Source: a virus (Duplodnaviria; Caudoviricetes). From it: a stretch of 64,000 nucleotides of DNA. This document shows positions 18,681 to 26,351 of the stretch, piece by piece. Below the pieces are notes generated by a model, which worked only from the letters and a program-made list of their open reading frames with translations, was not told the DNA's origin and ran no database searches. Within the stretch, counting starts at the first letter, position 1; every line of letters begins with the position of its first letter. Location: IMG/VR virus record IMGVR_UViG_3300032237_001007, positions 47,021 to 111,020 of that record. One strand, written 5' to 3'. Made by a program: the position numbers and the translations under genes.

Positions 18681-19090
18681 TGGATAAGCACGTACAATTT
18701 GATAAATATGTAGAATTTGTGGATGAAGTAACTTCAGACGCATCCAAAGATTTTCTTGCTCTTTCTGATCGGTTGGTTGAATTGGATGAAAAAGGTGCAA
18801 ACATTGAACGTCTTCTGACTGCTGGTGTTGGTATCAATGCTGAAGGTGGTGAATTTCTTGAGATTATCAAGAAAATGATTTTCCAAGGTAAACCCTGGAA
18901 TGCAGACAACAAAGAACACCTGATTATTGAACTTGGTGATGTTATGTGGTATGTTGCTCAGGCATGTAAAGCACTTGAAATTTCTCTTGATGATGTTGTT
19001 GCTCGTAACGTAACTAAACTTCTGAAGCGTTATCCTGAAGGTGCTTTTGATGTATATTTTTCCGAAAATCGTTCTGTTAATGATCGTTAA
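18680..19090 (+). CDS. mazG: MazG-like nucleotide pyrophosphohydrolase
   Basis: EGGEFLEIIKK, ELGDVMWY, KLLKRYP. Confidence 0.93.
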   Translation: MDKHVQFDKYVEFVDEVTSDASKDFLALSDRLVELDEKGANIERLLTAGVGINAEGGEFLEIIKKMIFQGKPWNADNKEHLIIELGDVMWYVAQACKALEISLDDVVARNVTKLLKRYPEGAFDVYFSENRSVNDR

Positions 19091-19120
19091 TAAATAAATT
19101 TTTGTGCAATTTAATTTAAT

Positions 19121-20467
19121 ATGGAACATATTTGCAATAATAATTCTTTTGGAGAAGGATGGTTTTCGTATCCGACTTTATATTCCGAAATGGTACAAAA
19201 ATTTCCAACAGGAAGTAGATTTGTAGAGGTAGGATCTTGGAAAGGAAAATCATCTGCATATATGGCAGTAGAAATTATTAATTCACAAAAAGATATTGAA
19301 TTTTTTTGCGTAGATACTTGGGAAGGAAGTGTAGAACATAAAGGAATGGAAGATCTTTCTTCTCTTTATGATATTTTTATCAGTAATATGTTGCCGGTAC
19401 AAGATCATTATTTTCCATTAAAAATAACTTCTTTAGAAGCGGCAAAAAAATTTAAGGATAAATCTTTAGATTTTGTATTCATTGATGCATCTCATGAATA
19501 CGAAGATATTAAAAATGATATTATTGCATGGTATCCTAAAATTAAAGAAGGTGGTGTGCTTGCCGGACATGATTTTTATGCAGAAGGTTATGATTGGTAT
19601 CCTGGAGTAAAAAAAGCGGTGAAAGAAATTCTTCCATCTTATTCAGTATCAGAAAATTGTTGGATACATTATAAAATTAAGGAAGATAAACTCAAAAACT
19701 TTCCTCCCGTTCATTTTATTAGTGTAGATTATTCTATAGAAAGAAGAAAAAGTTTATATGAAAAACTTAATAAATTTGGTATTGTAAATATTACAGAACA
19801 CATATTTGAAAAATATAAAGATGAAGATCATATAATTGAATCAGAATATAAAGATAGATTAGGTATGGGTAGTCGTGGTCCTGTTACTTCACATCTAAAA
19901 GCAATTAAAGATTGGTATCAAAATACTGATGAAGAAGTTGCATTTTTCTGTGAAGATGATTTAAGTATGGAATTAGTTCAATATTGGAATTTCACTTGGG
20001 AAGAATTTTATAATAGTATACCTGATGATTGGGAAATTGTTCAATTAGCATGGATTAGAGAAATAAGTTTTGATGCATTTAGAATTGGTTTTAGAACTCG
20101 TTGTTGGGATGATTGGTCTGGGTGTGCTTACATAATTAAAAGAAGTTTTGCAAAAAAACTTATTGATGCATATTATTATGATGAAACCTTTAATCTCAAT
20201 TTAAAAGGATCTGAAATTTATTTGAGAGATGAATGGGCAAAAATACCTGTAATTGAGACAATTATATTTTCCCCTTTGGGAGAAGTATATGGAGCACCAT
20301 TGTTTACTGAAGATTTGAGTTTTCTTCCTTCGTATAGTGATCCAAGTACTGAAGAAGGAAAATCTGAACAAATACATTATACTCATTATAAATCTTATAT
20401 GGATAACTTAAACTGGTGGAAAAGTATTGGATGTAATCAATCAATTACAGAATTTATGGGATTGTGA
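19121..20467 (+). CDS. Fusion: class I SAM methyltransferase (Methyltransf_24-like) plus GT25-like glycosyltransferase
   Basis: VEVGSWKGKS, VDTW, FIDASH.Y, GGVLAGHD; then ERR, SHLKAI, CEDD, DWEIVQL as in the 60289 GT25. Confidence 0.8.
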   Translation: MEHICNNNSFGEGWFSYPTLYSEMVQKFPTGSRFVEVGSWKGKSSAYMAVEIINSQKDIEFFCVDTWEGSVEHKGMEDLSSLYDIFISNMLPVQDHYFPLKITSLEAAKKFKDKSLDFVFIDASHEYEDIKNDIIAWYPKIKEGGVLAGHDFYAEGYDWYPGVKKAVKEILPSYSVSENCWIHYKIKEDKLKNFPPVHFISVDYSIERRKSLYEKLNKFGIVNITEHIFEKYKDEDHIIESEYKDRLGMGSRGPVTSHLKAIKDWYQNTDEEVAFFCEDDLSMELVQYWNFTWEEFYNSIPDDWEIVQLAWIREISFDAFRIGFRTRCWDDWSGCAYIIKRSFAKKLIDAYYYDETFNLNLKGSEIYLRDEWAKIPVIETIIFSPLGEVYGAPLFTEDLSFLPSYSDPSTEEGKSEQIHYTHYKSYMDNLNWWKSIGCNQSITEFMGL

Positions 20468-20492
20468 TAAATAAAATATCACAATATTTTCT

Positions 20493-20747
20493 ATGAATAA
20501 AGAAATAAAAGAATTTATAAGCGAAATAATCTTAGAATTTCCAAATAAGATAAAAAATCCCAGCAAAGTTTTTAAAAATTTTATTGCCTACTTTTATTAT
20601 AAACTAGAAAATAAAATTAATTCATCAAAAAAGATTTCTATAAAGAATAAATATATAAAGATTCGAAAGAGTGCTTTACTTTACTTTATTGATAATGAAA
20701 AATCAATAACTTCTGAAATTATTAATAGAAAATCTATAAAGCAATGA
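20493..20747 (+). CDS. Hypothetical protein
   Basis: 84-aa ORF after late-type ATAAATA; ATGA overlap with next gene. Confidence 0.6.
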   Translation: MNKEIKEFISEIILEFPNKIKNPSKVFKNFIAYFYYKLENKINSSKKISIKNKYIKIRKSALLYFIDNEKSITSEIINRKSIKQ

Positions 20748-21367
20748 AATCATTTTCTCAGTTTGTAGACGAAGCATTTTCCAGAGCGGTTCAACAAGCA
20801 ACCCGAATGAAGTTGAGACCTGATGGTCATGGGGGATATTATGATGGCAAAGGAGAATTTGTAGCAAAAAATGTTCAGGGAAGATTAGTTTTTTACAATA
20901 AACGACAAAAACTTGGACAAGATCCGGCACAGACACCAAAAGAAAAATTATTATCAATATCAACTCCGGAAAATACTCCTCCAATTACTGAAGAAGAACT
21001 AAGAGAAAAATATATTTCGGGAGAAATATTTAATCAAGGTGATATCGTGGAAAGTAATATAACTGGAATGATTGGAAAAATTATTAGAAGAGGAACAAAT
21101 CATTTAATTTGTGTAACTGAAGATCAACAAATGTTTAAATCTTGGATAAAGGATGTTAAAGAATATACTGAAGTAGAAATGAATAGAAAAATGAGACAAC
21201 CGGGAAAACCAAATACATTAATTGGAACGAAAGGATATTTTAAATATGCTGTACAGCAAACTCCGGGAGCGATTGGAACTGGAAAAGAGAATTTGCAAAA
21301 AGGAGGAAAGGTATATAGTGAAAATTTCATAAATAAATATATCAAAAAAGAAAGTGGTAAAATTTAA
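20744..21367 (+). CDS. Cyanophage 'cytidylyltransferase'-family protein apparently lacking the catalytic domain
   Basis: MKSFSQFVDEA start, DGHGGYYD and IIRRGTNHLICVTED...FKSWI blocks; no GRF/HxGH-type motif. Confidence 0.6.
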   Translation: MKSFSQFVDEAFSRAVQQATRMKLRPDGHGGYYDGKGEFVAKNVQGRLVFYNKRQKLGQDPAQTPKEKLLSISTPENTPPITEEELREKYISGEIFNQGDIVESNITGMIGKIIRRGTNHLICVTEDQQMFKSWIKDVKEYTEVEMNRKMRQPGKPNTLIGTKGYFKYAVQQTPGAIGTGKENLQKGGKVYSENFINKYIKKESGKI

Positions 21368-22918
21368 ATGACTACTCGTATTTTCGAAGATCTTCCTCCA
21401 AGAAAAGATATTAGTGCGCCTGCTCCAAAAGCAGGAGAAAGTGACAGATCAAAAAATCCAGAAGAAGAAAAAAGAATTCGACAGGCAATTTATGATATTC
21501 GTTATAGAGCAAGAAGAGAAAATATTCCATTAGCGCAAGCATTTTCTCAATATATGCAAAATTCTTCTTTAAATGGTGTCGAAAAAATTGCAATAAGAAA
21601 AAAACTTTTAGAGGAATATGTTCTTGATGAAATGATTGTAGATAATGTTGCAACTGCAATGTTTAAAGTTTTTGTTGAAGGTGTGGAAGAAGAAGTAGAA
21701 GAACTTGAGTATCTTCAACAACTTGCCGAGATGAAAGAAAAAAAATACAAAGTCAGAGTTACTGATAAGAATTCTGGTAGATCTTATATAAGATATGCCA
21801 CTCGTCAAAAAATTAATGAGTTAAGAGCAAATCCAAATATTGAGTCGGTAGAGATGACTGAATATGGTGAACCTTATGAAGGTGAAAGAAAAAAAGGAGA
21901 GCAAACCGCAAGAGCAACATCAGGTAGAGGATTAGATCCAGTTGGTAAAGAAGACTCTGATGTAAATAATGACGGTAAAGTAAATAAGACTGATAAATAT
22001 CTTCTTCATCGTAGAGAAGTTCGTGGTAAGGCAATTGAGTCACAACACGAAGCATATAATATATCCGAAATAACTTCTCCTACCGTAGATCAAAATGATG
22101 CCGAAATTGTATCAAATGAAGAAAAGGGTGTTAATAACTATGCTAAAAAAGGAGGAAAGTCAACAATTACATTATTTCCCACAATTAAACCTGCAGGAGG
22201 AATGCAGAACGAAGAAGTTATTTCTGAAAAAGCAGTAAGCACCGCCCAACAAAAATTTATGGGTATGGTTCATGCTTTTCAAAAAGGTGAAATGAAAGAT
22301 GCTTCTCCAGAAGTTAAAAAAGCGGCGGCATCCATGAGTAATACTGAAGCAGAAAAGTTTGCTTCTACTAAGCATACAGGACTTCCGGCACATGTTGCCA
22401 AAGAAGAAGTAGAACTTGATGAATGTGGAATGCCTATCATTGTGATTAAAAAAAATTCTAAAGAAGGATCATTTGATAAAATGAATACTTACGAAACTGA
22501 TGATGTAAAAAAAATCAATAAAGATGATCCAAGAGAAAGATATGGTAAGGATCAGAAAGTAAAAAATACTCTTCATTCGATGGGTGCTAAAAAGGTAATG
22601 GTTGTTGGTGAAGAAAATATTGATGAGCTTAATCGTTATGAAAAAGAAACAGGAAAATCTTCTGGGTCTGTTAATCTTGAAAAAGGGCAACCCACTCAAA
22701 CAGGTGGAAGATATGCAGATCCTAAAATGTCTGGATTTAGAACAATTATGGCAGGTACAAATAAACAACCCAGAGGGCAAAAAAAAGTTAAAGGACAAAA
22801 ACCACCTGTTGCTGGTGAAGAGGGATCTGGAAGAAAATCTCCTGCTCAAATAGTATCTAATCGTCGTTATAATGCAAAAATAGCACGAGATTTTGAGAAT
22901 GATACTAGAGGAACTTAA
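21368..22918 (+). CDS. Putative virion protein containing a DUF3008-like segment
   Basis: QAIYDIRYRARRE, KYKVRVTDK, DPVGKEDSDVNNDGKV, KAVSTAQQKFMGMV...FASTKH.GLP. Confidence 0.65.
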   Translation: MTTRIFEDLPPRKDISAPAPKAGESDRSKNPEEEKRIRQAIYDIRYRARRENIPLAQAFSQYMQNSSLNGVEKIAIRKKLLEEYVLDEMIVDNVATAMFKVFVEGVEEEVEELEYLQQLAEMKEKKYKVRVTDKNSGRSYIRYATRQKINELRANPNIESVEMTEYGEPYEGERKKGEQTARATSGRGLDPVGKEDSDVNNDGKVNKTDKYLLHRREVRGKAIESQHEAYNISEITSPTVDQNDAEIVSNEEKGVNNYAKKGGKSTITLFPTIKPAGGMQNEEVISEKAVSTAQQKFMGMVHAFQKGEMKDASPEVKKAAASMSNTEAEKFASTKHTGLPAHVAKEEVELDECGMPIIVIKKNSKEGSFDKMNTYETDDVKKINKDDPRERYGKDQKVKNTLHSMGAKKVMVVGEENIDELNRYEKETGKSSGSVNLEKGQPTQTGGRYADPKMSGFRTIMAGTNKQPRGQKKVKGQKPPVAGEEGSGRKSPAQIVSNRRYNAKIARDFENDTRGT

Positions 22919-22956
22919 TTACTAAATAATCTTGAAGACATTCATACGAGGTTATT

Positions 22957-23142
22957 ATGACTACCGCACTTATTTTTGCTACAATTAAAGGACTTAGTGC
23001 AGCAAATGCTCAACTTGTTCTTGGTGCTCTTTTAGCAGTATCTGAAGTTCTTGGAGCAGATCCTAGAGTTAAGGCAAATGGAATAATTTCATTTATTCTT
23101 ATTCAAGTTCAAAATTTCTTAAAATCAAAAGAATCTGAGTGA
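22957..23142 (+). CDS. Small membrane protein (possible holin-like)
   Basis: Hydrophobic segments, ALLAVSEVL...VKANG; GAGG RBS and CTAAATA upstream. Confidence 0.55.
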   Translation: MTTALIFATIKGLSAANAQLVLGALLAVSEVLGADPRVKANGIISFILIQVQNFLKSKESE

Positions 23143-23165
23143 TATTTTAATATTCATAAATTATT

Positions 23166-23205
23166 GAGATCCTAATTTTTTTAGGATCTCTTTTTATTAT
23201 AAATA
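23166..23205 (+). promoter_or_regulatory. Terminator followed by late promoter
   Basis: GAGATCCTAA/TTAGGATCTC hairpin + T run; TATAAATA 23198-23205. Confidence 0.75.
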
Positions 23206-23235
23206 TTCAAAGAAAAAGAATTATAGGTAAGAAAC

Positions 23236-24324
23236 ATGGCTCTATGGGGCATTTCAACTACAACCGAAACTGCGGCAAATCAATATAATTTACCTAAGTA
23301 TGTTCATCAAGTGGCGAGATCAAATAGCAGACATGATGTTTTTGCCGATTCTCGTGGATGGGTTCAGAGGCACTATAAAACACAGGAACGTTCTGGTCTT
23401 TCTACCCATTATTATGATGAAGTTTTAGTTCCTATTGCTGGTATTGCTGGAACTGGTGGATATAGTACTTCACTTGGAAGCACTTTGGCCGGTTTGGGTC
23501 TTGCCGGTCCTATTGCCATATTCTTTGAAGACCCAAATAAGGCATCAAATATTTCTGTTGGATCTGGTGGAACTTCTGGTATTAAAACTGGAACAACCGG
23601 ATATGTTCATCTTGTATTTAATGAGATTGTATTTGCAGGCGCCGGAACAACAGTTCGTATTCGAGCATTTGATGCAAATGGGGCAAATGAAACCACAGCA
23701 ATTGTTGCAACGGCATCTTCAGTAACCCCAGGAGTTACTGTTCCAAACTGGACTTATCAGTATCCTAATGCTGGTGTAGGAACTAATACTAATCCTGGTG
23801 GGCCTCAACTAACCACAAATTACAATGGACAAATTACCAATAGAGTTGCATTTGCATTTACGGCACCAAGTACAGTTCTTACTGCAAATGTTGCATTTTC
23901 AACAACACTAACAACATCTGGACAAACTGTAGCAATTGGTGGAACTAATATTTTTGTTGATTCCTTAACTGGTGTTTCAATTGGAAGTTCTCTTACAGTT
24001 GCAGGAAAACTTACAAATGTTCCTATTATTTCCGTTGGAAATACTTTTGTTCAAATTGGAGCAGCAAATACAATTAGTTCAACAATTACTCAAGGACTTG
24101 GTGTTACTTTTAGTACAAGAACTAATGCAACATTATTAACAATTGATACCACTAAAGGATTTGTCGGCGTAATTTCTGATATGTATTTTGGTACTGGTGT
24201 TACAAGTTCGTTTACTTCTGATATTATCCGTAATGTTGGTGGTGCAGGAACTGCATTCTCAGTTCAAAAAGATGGTGCAACCCCTGTTGGAATTGGAACA
24301 ACTATTTTAACCGTTACTGTATGA
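23236..24324 (+). CDS. Virion structural protein (Gly/Thr-rich, beta-rich, fibre/decoration-like)
   Basis: MALWG N-terminus, GWV.R and DEVLV motifs, late promoter. Confidence 0.7.
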   Translation: MALWGISTTTETAANQYNLPKYVHQVARSNSRHDVFADSRGWVQRHYKTQERSGLSTHYYDEVLVPIAGIAGTGGYSTSLGSTLAGLGLAGPIAIFFEDPNKASNISVGSGGTSGIKTGTTGYVHLVFNEIVFAGAGTTVRIRAFDANGANETTAIVATASSVTPGVTVPNWTYQYPNAGVGTNTNPGGPQLTTNYNGQITNRVAFAFTAPSTVLTANVAFSTTLTTSGQTVAIGGTNIFVDSLTGVSIGSSLTVAGKLTNVPIISVGNTFVQIGAANTISSTITQGLGVTFSTRTNATLLTIDTTKGFVGVISDMYFGTGVTSSFTSDIIRNVGGAGTAFSVQKDGATPVGIGTTILTVTV

Positions 24325-24325
24325 T

Positions 24326-24697
24326 ATGAAATTTGATGAATTGAATGAAAATAACTATATGTTATTTGCTATAAAATTCTACGATAATCCTCAAGCACTT
24401 ACTAAAGAAGATTTTGAGGATGATTTAAAAAGAATTAAGTACATTAAAAGATTATTAAAAAAATATAAAAATACCGGAGTTCTTAAAACTCATTTGGTAT
24501 TAAACCACCTTACTATTCTTTTTAATGTTTTTAATGATGCGGCTGTTCCTTTATTATTTTATAACTTAGATAGAGATCTTTGGCCAGCAATCAAAAGTTT
24601 TTTGATTTTTTTGAATCGCCTTCCTGAATATCCAAAAACTGAAATTAATAGTATTGGACAAGATGATAATTGCCTTTCCATGTTGCAACTAATCTAA
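24326..24697 (+). CDS. Conserved T4-like cyanophage hypothetical protein
   Basis: FAIKFYDNP, EDDLKRIKYIKRL, LNH...NVF. Confidence 0.8.
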   Translation: MKFDELNENNYMLFAIKFYDNPQALTKEDFEDDLKRIKYIKRLLKKYKNTGVLKTHLVLNHLTILFNVFNDAAVPLLFYNLDRDLWPAIKSFLIFLNRLPEYPKTEINSIGQDDNCLSMLQLI

Positions 24698-24927
24698 TGG
24701 ATATCAATAAAATCATTTCAATTATTCGTAACCTTAAAGAAGATGGAGGTGCCGCTTCTGGTGGAATGGTTGCGAATGCTCCTGCAACTCAAGGAGGATT
24801 TGGTGTATCTTCTGATCCGAAAGGACCTACCGCTGGATTTGATCCTGTTATGGGTGGAACAAGAAGAAAACCAATTTTTTTAGGCAAAGGATCACGTAGA
24901 AATTGGTTACCTAAAAAACCTAAATAA
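24697..24927 (+). CDS. Small Gly-rich hypothetical protein
   Basis: TAATG coupling; GPTAGFDP motif. Confidence 0.7.
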   Translation: MDINKIISIIRNLKEDGGAASGGMVANAPATQGGFGVSSDPKGPTAGFDPVMGGTRRKPIFLGKGSRRNWLPKKPK

Positions 24928-24967
24928 TTAAAGATCATTAAATCTGCATCACTACCTCACTAAACCA

Positions 24968-25393
24968 ATGGCAGACGAAGTAAAATTGGCAGTACTGGAA
25001 CAAAAATTTACTGAGTTTGCAAATATTGTAAATCGTATAGATGATGCTATTGATAAATTAAGTGAAGTAAGTTCAAATTTAGTTAAAATGTTAGCAGTAC
25101 ACGAAGAAAGAATTGAGCAAACTGTAAAAACAAATGATATTTTGTTTAAACTTGTTGAAGAACGTAAAAAAGAAAATGAAAAACATTATGAAAGAACTTG
25201 TGAAAGAATTGAAGATCTTGAAATTAAAGTAGAAGAAGTAAAGAAAGTAAAATGGATGATTGTTGGTATGGGAATTTTAGTTGCTGCTGCCGCTAGTCTT
25301 TTTGGAAATCTTTTGGCAAATACCTTGACACAGGGAAATTCTCCGGTTAGAATGGAACACCAGATAGTTATCCCAAATAATGGATCTAATTGA
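24968..25393 (+). CDS. Coiled-coil protein with C-terminal transmembrane helix
   Basis: MLAVHEERI, heptad pattern, KWMIVGMGILVAAAA. Confidence 0.75.
   Translation: MADEVKLAVLEQKFTEFANIVNRIDDAIDKLSEVSSNLVKMLAVHEERIEQTVKTNDILFKLVEERKKENEKHYERTCERIEDLEIKVEEVKKVKWMIVGMGILVAAAASLFGNLLANTLTQGNSPVRMEHQIVIPNNGSN
25325..25353 (+). promoter_or_regulatory. Sigma70-type promoter for primase/nrdAB
   Basis: TTGACA-17 nt-TAGAAT. Confidence 0.7.
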
Positions 25394-26351
25394 TGTCAAA
25401 TACATTGGACTTTTAGGATCTAGATTAGAAAAATTTAAGCAAGTAAAACCGGGTCTTTATAATTTCAGATGTCCATTGTGTGGAGATTCACAAAAGAATA
25501 AAAATAAAACTCGCGGATATTTATATGAATTAAAAAACAATACAAACTTCAAGTGTCATAATTGTGGAGCAAGCACCTCATTTAATTATTTTCTAAAAGA
25601 ATTAGATATAAATCTACATAAACAATATACTCTTGAGAAATTCAAGGATGGATTTACTGGTAAGAATTTTGTGGTTGAAGAACCAAAGTTTGAATTCAAA
25701 CAACCAGTATTTGTAAAGAAAATTGATCTTCCAAAGGCATCTGAGAATGAACTTGCAAAAAAGTATCTAGAGGATCGAAAACTTGATCCAAATCGATTTT
25801 ACTATGCTGAGAAGTTTAAAGAATGGACTAATACTCAAATTAAAATTTTTTCTAATTTCAAGTATGATGAACCAAGAATTATTATTCCTCTTCGTAAAAA
25901 AGATGGAAATATGTTTGGATTTCAGGGAAGATCTATTCTTCCCAGCAAGGTTAAATACATTACAGTTATGCTAGATAATGAGCAATTAAAAATTTATGGT
26001 TTAGATCGGGTGAATGAAAATGAAGAAGTTTATGTTACTGAAGGACCATTTGATTCAGAATTTATACCCAATTCGTTGGCAATGTGCGGGGCTGATATTG
26101 TACTTGATCGGATACATTTTCCTAATCGTACATTTATTTACGACAATGAACCCCGAAATAAAGAAATCGTCAATAGATATGAAAAGTGTATTTCCAATGG
26201 AGAAAAAGTTGTAATTTGGCCAAAGTCAGTTAAAGAAAAGGACATTAATGATATTTTTTTGACTGGACAAAATGTTATGAACATGATAAAATCAAATACA
26301 TATAAAGGATTAGAGGCAAAGGTTAAGTTCACTGAATGGAAGAAAGTATGA
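25380..26351 (+). CDS. gp61: DNA primase
   Basis: RCPLCGDS, CHNCG zinc finger; TOPRIM EGPFD, DNE, KDIND. Confidence 0.96.
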   Translation: MDLIDVKYIGLLGSRLEKFKQVKPGLYNFRCPLCGDSQKNKNKTRGYLYELKNNTNFKCHNCGASTSFNYFLKELDINLHKQYTLEKFKDGFTGKNFVVEEPKFEFKQPVFVKKIDLPKASENELAKKYLEDRKLDPNRFYYAEKFKEWTNTQIKIFSNFKYDEPRIIIPLRKKDGNMFGFQGRSILPSKVKYITVMLDNEQLKIYGLDRVNENEEVYVTEGPFDSEFIPNSLAMCGADIVLDRIHFPNRTFIYDNEPRNKEIVNRYEKCISNGEKVVIWPKSVKEKDINDIFLTGQNVMNMIKSNTYKGLEAKVKFTEWKKV

